The notes below the pieces were generated by a model. The model saw only the letters and a list, made by a program, of their open reading frames with translations, searched no databases and was not told where the DNA came from. Source: Geobacter sp. UBA5608 (GTDB lineage Bacteria; Desulfobacterota; Desulfuromonadia; Geobacterales; Pseudopelobacteraceae). Taken from it: 56,287 nucleotides of DNA. Shown here in pieces: positions 40,857-49,752 of this stretch. The translations under genes and the position numbers were made by a program. Within the stretch, counting starts at the first letter, position 1. Each line of letters begins with the position of its first letter. The stretch covers positions 1 through 56,287 of the forward strand of contig DIKW01000033.1 of assembly GCA_002424705.1 (NCBI GenBank). Direction: 5' to 3'.

Positions 40857-41744
40857 ATGTTGTCTCTCACAACGCTGCATAGCCTGTTTATCCTCTTGGC
40901 CGGCGCAGGCATGGCGCTGGTGGGTGTTAGCTACATCACCCTTACCGCCTGGACAACCGTCATGGTTGGCGCTGTGCTGCTGTTGGTTGCTGCCTTTGTG
41001 CTGTGGTTGTACGCCTTGCGGCAGGTCTGTGGCGTCGCAACGCAGACGCACGAACGGCCGCTGGCAGCAACACTGCTGTTTCGTCTGTATTTCGTGCTGC
41101 CTGAGTTGCTGAACCAATCTTTGGCCGGCCGTAACGCCAAGCGTGTTGATCCTGCACTGCCCTACAGCATGATCGTCTTTTTCCTCATGCTGGCACCAGT
41201 CGCCCTGCTTGTGGCGCATCTGATCCCGATCGTGCTGCTGGCCATGCTGCTGGTGATGCTGCGTCAGCTCTATCAGTGGCGGAGGGCCGTATCCCAATTG
41301 GGCCAGGAGGCTTCCGCAACACCGTCAGGCATGGCTGAACGCAAGCAGCTGCCGGTCACTCTTGCATTACTTGGCTGCGTTCTGCTGAACCTGCTATTGG
41401 CGGGTATCGTGGTGGTGCTGTTCAGCGCCTTTTTTGTGGTGCCATTTGAGGGGCGTATCTCCAGGGCACAGCAGAAGCTGGTTGAGATCGAATTAATGCA
41501 GGCCATGGAGAAGGGCAGTGCCTATCTGGCGAAACACGACAGCCAGAGGATCACCACCCCGCAGCAACTGGCAGCGCTCGGTTGGCAGGGGACTGGACGC
41601 ATACGCTTGGTGCAGGTGGACATCTCAAACACGGGCGGTTTCATCATCATGCAGTACGTACAGCACGCCGGCTCTCGCCGCCCGTCGGTAACGGTCAAAA
41701 CGGTCTATGACGGGGAAACGGTCAGCATGGAGCGTATGCCGTGA
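40857..41744 (+). CDS. polytopic membrane protein with C-terminal pilin-like helix
   Basis: GAGGT RBS; about 5-6 hydrophobic segments; the last is followed by PF.G...RA........L........AYL. Confidence 0.7.
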   Translation: MLSLTTLHSLFILLAGAGMALVGVSYITLTAWTTVMVGAVLLLVAAFVLWLYALRQVCGVATQTHERPLAATLLFRLYFVLPELLNQSLAGRNAKRVDPALPYSMIVFFLMLAPVALLVAHLIPIVLLAMLLVMLRQLYQWRRAVSQLGQEASATPSGMAERKQLPVTLALLGCVLLNLLLAGIVVVLFSAFFVVPFEGRISRAQQKLVEIELMQAMEKGSAYLAKHDSQRITTPQQLAALGWQGTGRIRLVQVDISNTGGFIIMQYVQHAGSRRPSVTVKTVYDGETVSMERMP

Positions 41745-41789
41745 CCGTTCGAATTTGGCATACGCAGCAGAGGGAAAAAGGGGGAAGAG

Positions 41790-42002
41790 ATGAAAGACAA
41801 GGTAACGGCAAACAAGGTGTTGTATCTGGCAATGCTTGCGCCCCTGGCGCTGGTGGCGTCTCTTTGGTTAACCCCTGCGGCAACGGTCTCGGCCAGCGCA
41901 AGCGGTCCGGTGTTTGCACAACCACCTGAACCGCAATGCGTTTGCGCCTATTGCGGCTGGCCCTGCGGCAGCGGCCATGCCTCGTGGTGCAAGTACAAAT
42001 AG
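41790..42002 (+). CDS. small exported Cys/His-rich protein
   Basis: Purine-rich RBS, signal-peptide-like N-terminus, C-terminal CVCAYCGWPCGSGHASWC; followed by a terminator. Confidence 0.6.
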   Translation: MKDKVTANKVLYLAMLAPLALVASLWLTPAATVSASASGPVFAQPPEPQCVCAYCGWPCGSGHASWCKYK

Positions 42003-42031
42003 CTCTTAGCCTGGTGTTTGCGAGTCATTGC

Positions 42032-42073
42032 AAAAAAGACGGGCCTGGCATGGTGAATGCCGGGCCCGTCTTT
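42032..42073. terminator. bidirectional terminator downstream of tRNA-Arg
   Basis: AAAAAAGACGGGCC-T-GGCAT-GGTGA-ATGCC-G-GGCCCGTCTTT. Confidence 0.85.
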
Positions 42074-42078
42074 GTCTA

Positions 42079-42155
42079 TGGCGTCCCCGAGACGATTCGA
42101 ACGTCCGACCCCTTCCTTAGGAGGGAAGTGCTCTATCCAGCTGAGCTACGGGGAC
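42079..42155 (-). tRNA. tRNA-Arg (anticodon CCT)
   Basis: Reverse complement GTCCCCGTAGCTCAGCTGGATAGAGCA-CTTCC-CTCCTAA-GGAAG-GGGTCGGACGTTCGAATCGTCTCGGGGACGCCA; 77 nt with encoded CCA. Confidence 0.97.
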
Positions 42156-42157
42156 TC

Positions 42158-42275
42158 AAATGATCTTTTTCCGCGCTGGCTTCGTTTGCATCGGGTTTGC
42201 TTGTGCGACGTACCATCAAGTACGTCTCCGCTCAAACCCTCTGCAAGCCTGGCCAGCACGAAAAAATCTTCATTT
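42158..42275. repeat. nested-hairpin intergenic repeat, copy C
   Basis: Outer IR AAATGA..TTTTTC/GAAAAA..TCATTT; stems GCTGGC/GCCAGC, TTGCA/TGCAA, GGGTTTG/CAAACCC; core GACGTAC-CATCAA-GTACGTCTCCG. Confidence 0.8.
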
Positions 42276-42285
42276 GTTGCTTTGT

Positions 42286-42378
42286 TGGCAGTGCTTACGT
42301 CGTCGGCATCCTCGCCGTACGGTGTGTACGTCTCCGGTGCCTCCTCCTCGTTGCCTGGTGATCATCTGAAATCTGCCA
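42286..42378. repeat. nested-hairpin intergenic repeat, copy D (left arm partly missing)
   Basis: Core CCTCGCCGTAC-GGTGT-GTACGTCTCCG, stem GGCA/TGCC, ends TGGCAG/CTGCCA. Confidence 0.7.
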
Positions 42379-42424
42379 TCGTTGTAAATTTCATGGCCGT
42401 GTTGGCTTCGCTGAAGTTGTTGTA

Positions 42425-42940
42425 TCAAAACTGCAGCAGCGAGTAAACCTTTCCCTCGGGCAGGCGATTGCGTCCTTCCAGGAAGGTCAGTTCGGTCATG
42501 AAGCAGCATTCGACGATCTCGCCGCCCTGTTGCTTGACCATATCCACCACAGCGGCCATGGTGCCGCCGGTGGCCAGCAGGTCGTCGGCGATCAGGATTT
42601 TCTCCCCCGGTTTTATGGCGTCTTTGTGGATCTCCAGGGTGTCGGTGCCGTATTCCAGTTCGTAGGTTTTACTGAAGGTTTCCGAGGGCAGTTTACCCGG
42701 CTTACGTACCAGCACCACGCCGGCCCCCAGTTTGTAGGCCAGTACCGAGCCGATGATGAAGCCGCGCGCCTCGACACCTACCACCTTGTCGATCCGATGA
42801 CCGATGTAGCGGTGGGCAAGCAGGTCCACCATCCGCTGGTAGGATTTGGCATCCTGCAGCAGGGTGGTGATGTCCTTGAAGATGATACCCTTTTTGGGAA
42901 AATCCGGAATATCCCGGATGATCTGTTTCAGGTCGTCCAT
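42425..42940 (-). CDS. apt: adenine phosphoribosyltransferase
   Basis: [40 protein letters not shown]; start at ATG 42940. Confidence 0.97.
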   Translation of the reverse strand: MDDLKQIIRDIPDFPKKGIIFKDITTLLQDAKSYQRMVDLLAHRYIGHRIDKVVGVEARGFIIGSVLAYKLGAGVVLVRKPGKLPSETFSKTYELEYGTDTLEIHKDAIKPGEKILIADDLLATGGTMAAVVDMVKQQGGEIVECCFMTELTFLEGRNRLPEGKVYSLLQF

Positions 42941-42962
42941 GCTGGCTCCTTGCGTGGTCATA

Positions 42963-43919
42963 TCAGGCTTGGGCCGCGAAGGCCTTCAGTTTTTCAAGCG
43001 ATTTGGCCTCAATCTGACGGATACGTTCACGGGTGACACCGAAGCTCTGACCGATGGTGTCCAGGGTTTGCGGTTCCTGGTCGTAGAGCCCGAAGCGCAG
43101 GCCCAGGATGACCCGCTCGCTCTCACTGAGTTTCTCGAAGTGTGCGGCGATCAGTTCGTACTTGTCGAGGTTTTCCAGCAGCTCTGAAGGTGAGACTGCC
43201 GAGCTGTCCTCGATGGTGTCGATCAGAAAGTAGTCATTGCCGTCGCCGATCGGGGTCTCGATGGAGCAGGTCCGCTTGAGCAGCACCATCAGGCGTCGCA
43301 CGTAGGCCGGTTTGGTCTTCATGGTGTCGGCTACTTCCTGCACCGATGGCTCGCGGTGCAGTTGCTGCGTAAGCTGGCGTGAGATGCGCAGCATCCGGTT
43401 GATGTCGTCAGAGACATGCACCGGCAGACGGATGGTGCGGGATTGGTTGACCAGGGCCCGTTCGATGGACTGGCGGATCCACCAGGTGGCGTAGGTGGAA
43501 AAGCGGCACTCCTTGGCCAGGGAGAAACGTTCCACCGCCTTCATCAGCCCCAGGTTGCCCTCTTCGATCAGGTCCAGAAACGGCAGGCCGCGGTTGACGT
43601 AGCGTTTGGCAATCTTGACCACCAGCCGCAGGTTGGATTCGATCATCTTGTTGCGGGCGGCGCGATCACCCTGTTCAACCTTGCGGGCCAGTTCCTTCTC
43701 GCCCTCAGGGGTCAAGAGCGGCGTCTTCTGGATGTCACGCAGGTAGATCTTGATGGCGTCGTCAAGGTGTTCTTCTACGGCCAGCGGCAGATCTTCTGCG
43801 CTGGCGTCTTCCTCATCAGCGTCAGCCTCTGCCTCGGCGGCAAAATCGAGGGGCGGCTCCGGTTCGTCAAGAGCCGGTTCGAGCAGTTCCGGTTCATCAT
43901 AGTTTGCAGAGCGGCTCAT
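42963..43919 (-). CDS. rpoS: sigma-70 family group 2 sigma factor RpoS
   Basis: [63 protein letters not shown]; no region 1.1; surE-pcm context. Confidence 0.9.
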   Translation of the reverse strand: MSRSANYDEPELLEPALDEPEPPLDFAAEAEADADEEDASAEDLPLAVEEHLDDAIKIYLRDIQKTPLLTPEGEKELARKVEQGDRAARNKMIESNLRLVVKIAKRYVNRGLPFLDLIEEGNLGLMKAVERFSLAKECRFSTYATWWIRQSIERALVNQSRTIRLPVHVSDDINRMLRISRQLTQQLHREPSVQEVADTMKTKPAYVRRLMVLLKRTCSIETPIGDGNDYFLIDTIEDSSAVSPSELLENLDKYELIAAHFEKLSESERVILGLRFGLYDQEPQTLDTIGQSFGVTRERIRQIEAKSLEKLKAFAAQA

Positions 43920-43928
43920 GATCCCTCC

Positions 43929-44582
43929 TTAGGCAGCGGTTTGCCAGCCCTGCTGGCCAATCAACGGCACAAAGCGGCAGCCGACACCGGTCTCGCTGGT
44001 CAGGCTGCCGTCGGCTTCCTTGCGTATTCGCAGGATGGTCTGGTTGGCCTCGTTGCCCACCGGGATCACCAAGCGGCCGCCAGGGGCCAGTTGCTCTGCC
44101 AGGGCCTCCGGCACGGCCGGTGCGCCGGCGGTCACCAGGATGGCATCGAAGGGGGCCTCCTCCGGCCAGCCCAGGGTGCCGTCACCCACCTTGATGTTGA
44201 CGTTGAGCAGGTGCAGCGCGTCCAGCACCTTGCGGGCCTGCATCGCCAGCGGCCGGATCCGTTCGATGGTCCAGACCCTGCGGCAGAGCGAGGCCAACAC
44301 GGCGGTCTGGTAGCCGGAGCCGGTGCCGATCTCCAGCACATGGTCCTGGGGCTTCAGCTCCAGCAGCTCGCTCATCAGGGCCACCATGTACGGTTGGGAG
44401 ATGGTCTGTTTCTCGCCGATCGGCAGGGCGCCGTCGTTATAAGCCTGATCGGCCATGGCTTCCTGGACGAACAGGTGGCGTGGAATCTTGAGCAGGGTCT
44501 CGATCACCCGCGGCGAACTGATGCCGCGCGCAATGATCTGTTCCTGCACCATCCGTTTACGGGCTATCTCAAAACGTTTCAA
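43929..44582 (-). CDS. pcm: protein-L-isoaspartate O-methyltransferase
   Basis: [29 protein letters not shown]...APFD; TTG start at 44582 with GGGAGG RBS. Confidence 0.96.
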   Translation of the reverse strand: MKRFEIARKRMVQEQIIARGISSPRVIETLLKIPRHLFVQEAMADQAYNDGALPIGEKQTISQPYMVALMSELLELKPQDHVLEIGTGSGYQTAVLASLCRRVWTIERIRPLAMQARKVLDALHLLNVNIKVGDGTLGWPEEAPFDAILVTAGAPAVPEALAEQLAPGGRLVIPVGNEANQTILRIRKEADGSLTSETGVGCRFVPLIGQQGWQTAA

Positions 44583-44614
44583 TGCCCCTCCCAAGGCCCG
44601 GATTCAGGGGGCAT

Positions 44615-44643
44615 ACGATAGCAGAGCAGCTGGCCGTTGTCTA
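44615..44643 (-). promoter_or_regulatory. possible internal promoter for pcm-rpoS
   Basis: Minus strand TAGACA-17 bp-TATCGT with TG extension. Confidence 0.4.
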
Positions 44644-44646
44644 GCG

Positions 44647-45399
44647 TCATGGGGCCCCGAACTGCCATGCCTGCAGGGCCTGCATGCTGCGGTAGTTGGT
44701 CAGGTCGAGATGCAGCGGGGTAACCGAGACATGGCCCAGTCCCACGGCGTGAAAATCGGTGCCCTCGTCGTCCAGGAAACTGGGCTCCTCGCTGCCGATC
44801 CAGAAGTATTTGCGACCGCGCGGGTCCACCTTGTCGATGATCTTGCCCACAAAGGACCGTTTGCCCTGGCGGGTGATCCGTACCGGCTTGATCTGATCAT
44901 AGGGCAGGTTGGGGACGTTGACGTTGAGGAAGGTGTCATCAGGCAGGCGGTTGCGGGTCAGCTCTGCGGCTACCTGCAGCGCGACCCGGGCCGCGTCGGG
45001 AAAATGGTCGCTGGGCCCATAGGTGGCAAGCGATACGGCGATGGCGGGAATGCCCATCAGGTTGGCCTCCATGGCTGCGGCCACGGTGCCGGAGTAGGTG
45101 ATGTCATCCCCCAGGTTGCCGCCGTGGTTGATGCCGGATACCACCAGATCGGGCGGATCGTCCAGCAGACTGTGGATACCCATGTTGACGCAATCGGTGG
45201 GGGTGCCGTCCACGGCAAACCAGCCGGGCCGCAGCTCAAAAACCCGCAGCGGTGAATGCAGCGTCAGCGAGTGGCCGGCAGCGCTACGCTCCCGGTCCGG
45301 GGCCACTACGGTCACGTCGCCCAGTGCCTGTAACGCCTCGGCCAGGGCCTTGATGCCCGGCGCGGCGATGCCGTCGTCGTTGGTTACGAGAATCTTCAT
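44647..45399 (-). CDS. surE: 5'/3'-nucleotidase SurE
   Basis: ILVTNDDG, VAPD..RS, GTPTDCV, SGIN.G.N, YSGTV.AA.E. Confidence 0.98.
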   Translation of the reverse strand: MKILVTNDDGIAAPGIKALAEALQALGDVTVVAPDRERSAAGHSLTLHSPLRVFELRPGWFAVDGTPTDCVNMGIHSLLDDPPDLVVSGINHGGNLGDDITYSGTVAAAMEANLMGIPAIAVSLATYGPSDHFPDAARVALQVAAELTRNRLPDDTFLNVNVPNLPYDQIKPVRITRQGKRSFVGKIIDKVDPRGRKYFWIGSEEPSFLDDEGTDFHAVGLGHVSVTPLHLDLTNYRSMQALQAWQFGAP

Positions 45400-45553
45400 G
45401 GCGTAAACCCCTTTGGAATGCGGCGGTTATGGCAGAAAACAACCATAAAATCAAGGGTGCAGGCGGCTATTTAACTGTTTACAAACGCACCATGAGCAGG
45501 TAGATTGGCACCCTGCAATTTCAAAACAACATTTTGTTTGGAGGGATACGGCT

Positions 45554-46540
45554 ATGAAAGCAGTCTTGATGGATGGTTTCGGCGGGGTAGAGGTACTCAA
45601 GGTGGGGCAGGTGGAAACACCGGTTCCCGGCGAAGGGCAGGTGCTGGTCAAGGTGCATGCCACCACGGTCAACCGTCCCGATCTGGTGCAGCGTGAAGGC
45701 AAATATCCGCCGCCTCCGGGGGATTCCGAGATTCTGGGCCTGGAAGTGGCCGGTACCATCGAGGCCCTGGGGGCAGGCGTTTCCGGCTGGAAGGTGGGCG
45801 ATCGGGTGATGTCGCTGGTGGGGGGCGGAGCCTATGCCGAGTACGCCGTGGCCTACGCCAGCCACCTGATGCCGATTCCGGAGGGTATGTCCTTCGAGGA
45901 GGCGGCCTGCATCTGTGAATCGTACATCACCGCCTTCTCCAACCTGTTCATGATCGGCGGTCTCAAGGACAACAACACCACCATCATCCATGGCGGCGGC
46001 GGCGGGGTCAACATGGCCGGTGTGCAGCTTTGCAAGGCGCTGGTGCCCAACACCAAGATCATCGTCACTGCCCACCCCAGCAAGATCGAACGGGTTAAGG
46101 GAATGGGGGTTGATCTGGTGGTTGATTTCACCACCACCCCTGATTTTTCTGAGGCGGTCAAGGAGTTCACCAACAAGAAGGGGGCCGACGTGATCCTGGA
46201 CCATGTGGGCGCCAAGTACCTGGCACCCAACATGAACTCGCTGGCCTATGCCGGCCGGTTGGTGATCATCGGCATCATCAGCGGCATCAAGGCTGAACTC
46301 AACCTGGCCCTGATGATGGTCAAGCGCCAGCAGATCATAGGTTCCGTGCTCCGTTCGCGGCCGGTCAAGGACAAGGCCGCCATCGTGGCTGAGTTCACCA
46401 AGACCGCCCTGCCCAAGTTTGCCGACCGAACCATCGTGCCGATCATCGAAAAAGTGTTCACCATCGATCAGGTGGTGGAGGCCCATCGCATGATGGAGGA
46501 GGACAAGCATTTCGGCAAGATTGTCGTAAAGATCCAGTAG
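45554..46540 (+). CDS. NAD(P)H-quinone oxidoreductase, zeta-crystallin/PIG3 family
   Basis: VNRPD..QR.G.YPPPPG.SEILGLE.AG, HGGGGGV, GKIV. Confidence 0.9.
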   Translation: MKAVLMDGFGGVEVLKVGQVETPVPGEGQVLVKVHATTVNRPDLVQREGKYPPPPGDSEILGLEVAGTIEALGAGVSGWKVGDRVMSLVGGGAYAEYAVAYASHLMPIPEGMSFEEAACICESYITAFSNLFMIGGLKDNNTTIIHGGGGGVNMAGVQLCKALVPNTKIIVTAHPSKIERVKGMGVDLVVDFTTTPDFSEAVKEFTNKKGADVILDHVGAKYLAPNMNSLAYAGRLVIIGIISGIKAELNLALMMVKRQQIIGSVLRSRPVKDKAAIVAEFTKTALPKFADRTIVPIIEKVFTIDQVVEAHRMMEEDKHFGKIVVKIQ

Positions 46541-46543
46541 CCG

Positions 46544-47068
46544 ATGGCTGATCCGCTGGCAAACTACCGCAGTCTGTTGGCCAAGGTGGACGACCTCTGC
46601 CGGGGGATTGAGGACCGTCTGGGTGAGGCCATCACCTGTCATGCCGGCTGTTCTTCCTGCTGCCTCTCCATTTCGGTCTTTCCGGTTGAGGCGGTGGCCA
46701 TGATTGAGGCTGCCAACCGGCTGCCGGTCGAGGAGTTGCAGCAGCTGAAACGGCATCTTGCCGCGTGGTCGGAGGACGATCAACGCTGCCCGCTCCTGGC
46801 CGGTGAACGTTGCCTGCTGTACGAGGCGCGGCCGATCATCTGCCGTACCCATGGTCTGCCGATCCTGCTGGTGGAAGGGGAGCAGCGCCGGGTCGACGTC
46901 TGCCCCATGAACTGCCAGGGGATCGATCACCTGCCTGGCGAGGCGATACTGGATCTGGAGCGGCTGAACACCCTGCTGGCGGCGGTCAACGCCCTCTACC
47001 TGCGGGAGTTCGGCATCCGGTTGCCGGAACGGATACCAATCAGCCAGCTGGCAGAGATGCTGCCCTGA
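46544..47068 (+). CDS. YkgJ/FliB-like cysteine-cluster protein
   Basis: C..GCSSCC, CPLL....C.LY..RP.ICR.HG.P. Confidence 0.85.
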   Translation: MADPLANYRSLLAKVDDLCRGIEDRLGEAITCHAGCSSCCLSISVFPVEAVAMIEAANRLPVEELQQLKRHLAAWSEDDQRCPLLAGERCLLYEARPIICRTHGLPILLVEGEQRRVDVCPMNCQGIDHLPGEAILDLERLNTLLAAVNALYLREFGIRLPERIPISQLAEMLP

Positions 47069-47074
47069 AACGGC

Positions 47075-47108
47075 AACGGGACGGTCGTGATGACCGTCCC
47101 GTTTTTTT
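47075..47108 (+). terminator. intrinsic terminator
   Basis: AACGGGACGGTC-GTGAT-GACCGTCCCG followed by T7. Confidence 0.85.
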
Positions 47109-47129
47109 GCGCCGAGCATCGGCTCGATC

Positions 47130-48785
47130 TTAGAGGCCGCTTATCTCCCGGTCCTTGGGATATTCCACCACGATCTCGTAGCTGAACTCCTTTTTTTCAC
47201 CTGCCGCCAGCTGTAGTTTCCAGAGCAGCGTGCCGTCATCCTTCTTCTCGCTGGGCTGCAGCGTGACATCCGTCAGGCCGACCGTGATCTCACTGTCGCC
47301 GGCCAGGGGCAGCTGGTCCTTGATGGTGAGGGTCTGGGGCTGCTTGCGGAAGTTGGTCGCCTCAAGCCGGTAACGATAGCCCATCCGGTTCTTGCCGAAC
47401 AAACCAGCCTGCTTGTGCTGTTTCAGCTCCTCCCGCTTGATTGTCAGCTGATCGTCGCTGCCAAAGGGCAGAGTGAACGTCTCGCCTGCGGCCACCTTCT
47501 TCAGGGTGGCGCTGCCGGTAAAGGTGTTGCCGGTGAAGATCCTGATCGGACCGGGCAACAGCGGATAGCCGGCCTGGTTGACCAGCTCGGCCGACAGATA
47601 GACCGTCTGGCTCAGTTTGGGCACTGCCAGGTAGTGAGTGCTGACCGGCAGCGTGTTGATTGAAATCACACTGCTCTGCAGGCTGCCGTCGCTGGCAACA
47701 TCCACCGGCTTGGGGATCACGAAGCTGACCGAGGTGGCCTCGCTGTCAAGCTGGGCGGTCTGTACAGCGGCCGCTGCTTCTTCCGGTTCTTCTTGCGGTG
47801 GCGCTGCGGCCAGCACCCGGTCATCCAGCTCCATCATCGCCGCTTTGGCCCGGCTTTCATAGTAGCGGGGGGCTGCTGCCGGGGGCGGCGGACGCCAGAA
47901 GGCGACCCGCCACGGTTTGAGTTCCGGCGGGGCGCCGCCGCTGGAAGGCCGGGCGGTGGAGAGGGTCAGGGCCACATTGTTCCAGTCTTCGCCGGTCTGC
48001 TGGCGTACCTGGGCCCGGTAGGTCAGCTGGGCGCTACCGCCTTCAGGAGCCAGGCGGACGTCGTAGGCCGGTTCCCAGCTGGCCCGGCTAACCACGCCGG
48101 ACAGGTTGAGGGTAAAGCTGCCTTCGCGGCTCACCTCCAGGGTTACTTCCGCCGTCTTCATCTCTTTGCGTTGCGAGCCGGTGGCCTCGCGTAGTTCGCG
48201 CCGCAGGGCGTCGATCTTTTTTTTCAGCTGCAGCTTGTCGTTTTCGATATCCAGCAACTGCTCCTCGGCCTTGGCGATGCCGGAGGCTACAAAACCAGCA
48301 GCATCCAAAAGCTCGGCCGAGGTGGGCCTGCCGATGGCCAACTCCTTGGAGAGCCGGTCGCTCCAGGCCACGCGGATCGATTCCAGAAAGGCCTTCTGGG
48401 CGCTTAAGCCGGTCTTTTTCGCATCCAGCCCGCCCACCTTGCGCTCAAGGCCGCGAATCTCCTCCTCCAGCTCCTTGGCCCGCTTTTCGGCGGTCTGTTC
48501 CAGGAACCTGCGCTTGATCTCGACGCCGGCAATGGTGACCCGTGCCGTACCGCTGCCCTCCACCCGGATCGAATCGTCCTGCAGCAGCACCGGCAGCCCT
48601 TCCAGGGCCACGATCTGGGTGCCGGTTTTGAGGTTGAGGGTGGCGCTGCGCATGGTCTGGGCCCGGTCCTGGTAGACCGTGACCGCGGTGATGCGGGGGG
48701 TGGCCGCACTACGTTGAGGCGCTGCCGCCAGTGTCAGGGCCGGCGTTGCCAGGGCCAACAACAACATGATGGGTATGATCTGCAT
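47130..48785 (-). CDS. MuiA-like DUF4140/DUF4139 exported protein
   Basis: Signal peptide; I.AVTVY.DRA, coiled coil, ASW.P.YDVR, A.V.Q.TGEDW..V.L.LST..P; start at ATG 48785 with GGGAGG RBS. Confidence 0.88.
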   Translation of the reverse strand: MQIIPIMLLLALATPALTLAAAPQRSAATPRITAVTVYQDRAQTMRSATLNLKTGTQIVALEGLPVLLQDDSIRVEGSGTARVTIAGVEIKRRFLEQTAEKRAKELEEEIRGLERKVGGLDAKKTGLSAQKAFLESIRVAWSDRLSKELAIGRPTSAELLDAAGFVASGIAKAEEQLLDIENDKLQLKKKIDALRRELREATGSQRKEMKTAEVTLEVSREGSFTLNLSGVVSRASWEPAYDVRLAPEGGSAQLTYRAQVRQQTGEDWNNVALTLSTARPSSGGAPPELKPWRVAFWRPPPPAAAPRYYESRAKAAMMELDDRVLAAAPPQEEPEEAAAAVQTAQLDSEATSVSFVIPKPVDVASDGSLQSSVISINTLPVSTHYLAVPKLSQTVYLSAELVNQAGYPLLPGPIRIFTGNTFTGSATLKKVAAGETFTLPFGSDDQLTIKREELKQHKQAGLFGKNRMGYRYRLEATNFRKQPQTLTIKDQLPLAGDSEITVGLTDVTLQPSEKKDDGTLLWKLQLAAGEKKEFSYEIVVEYPKDREISGL

Positions 48786-48855
48786 GGTGAACCTCCCTTG
48801 GGGATCGGTAGGGAGAAGTATAGCAGGCTTGTGGGCTATTGCCAGTGGCGGGGGC

Positions 48856-49749
48856 TCAGCTCCGGCAGAGTTCGGCCAGCAGCTGCAGTAGTGGCGCTTC
48901 ATTCAGTCCGCAGCGTTCAACGGCCAGAGCGCGCAGGGCAGCGGGCAGCGGTGCACAGATGGTCAGCTGTTGTTTTTCGGTGGGATGCTGCAGCATGGTG
49001 CGGAAGGAGTGCAGGGCGATGCCCGGCAGTGATGGCAGGGGCACGGCGTGGTAGCGCTTGTCCCCCACCACCGGGTGGCCCACCAATGACAGGTGGCGAC
49101 GGATCTGGTGGGTGCGGCCGCTGATCGGCTCCACCAGCAGCAGGGTGTTCTGTTCGCCTGCGGCAAGACAGCGATAGCGGCTTAAGGACTCTTTGCCATC
49201 CAGGGCGGCATCGATCTCTCCTGCGCCCTCCAGCCTGCCTTCAATCACGGTCAGGTAGCATTTGTCCAGTCCCTCTTCCTTGACCTGCCGGCCCAGCATG
49301 CCGGCGTTGCCGGAGCTGGTGGCCAACAGCACCACGCCGGAGGTGCCGCGGTCCAGGCGGTTGACCGGATAGGCCCGGGTCGGGTGGTTGCTCCGCTTTT
49401 CTAGCCAGGCCGAGGCCAGGTCCACCAGGTTCTCAGTCACCTCGGCCGCCGGGTGCATGGCCAGGCCGGCCGGCTTGTTGATCACCAGCAGGCGGTCGTC
49501 CTGCCAGAGTATATCTAGAGGGGGATGTGGCCTGTTCAGCTGCTCCATGACCTGGCCGCTTTCCTTAAGGCTGATGATGTCGCCTGCGCAGAGTAAGACA
49601 TCAGGGGACGCAGCGTCCCCATTCAGGCGGCAGGCGTTTGATTTGATCAGCTTGCGGCAGTAGGCCGGCTGAGCCGTCGGCAGGAGTCGTTGCAGAAAAC
49701 TTTCCAGCCGGCGGCAGTGGTCATCGGCAGTGACGGTGTAGGAGAGCAT
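48856..49749 (-). CDS. RluA/RluC/RluD family RNA pseudouridine synthase
   Basis: S4-like N-terminus, INKPAGL..HP, NRLDRGTSG (catalytic Asp), GRTHQIR.H, GHP..GD..Y. Confidence 0.93.
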   Translation of the reverse strand: MLSYTVTADDHCRRLESFLQRLLPTAQPAYCRKLIKSNACRLNGDAASPDVLLCAGDIISLKESGQVMEQLNRPHPPLDILWQDDRLLVINKPAGLAMHPAAEVTENLVDLASAWLEKRSNHPTRAYPVNRLDRGTSGVVLLATSSGNAGMLGRQVKEEGLDKCYLTVIEGRLEGAGEIDAALDGKESLSRYRCLAAGEQNTLLLVEPISGRTHQIRRHLSLVGHPVVGDKRYHAVPLPSLPGIALHSFRTMLQHPTEKQQLTICAPLPAALRALAVERCGLNEAPLLQLLAELCRS

Positions 49750-49752
49750 CGC

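Noticed and set aside
33286-42155. Genomic island or prophage integrated at tRNA-Arg
   Set aside because: Accessory-looking genes lie downstream of the tRNA, but I found no integrase, no duplicated tRNA 3' end and no phage genes by eye.
10196-42378. CRISPR array or integron attC interpretation of the hairpin repeats
   Set aside because: The copies are dispersed, long and divergent, with no repeat-spacer periodicity, no cas or intI gene, and no RYYYAAC/GTTRRRY ends.
42057-42509. ORFs 42057-42446, 42160-42369 and 42270-42509
   Set aside because: They overlap the tRNA and the hairpin repeats and have no protein-like features.
45505-45522. sigma54 promoter at TTGGCAC upstream of the quinone oxidoreductase
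   Set aside because: No GC at the -12 position (GG-N10-GC spacing not met).
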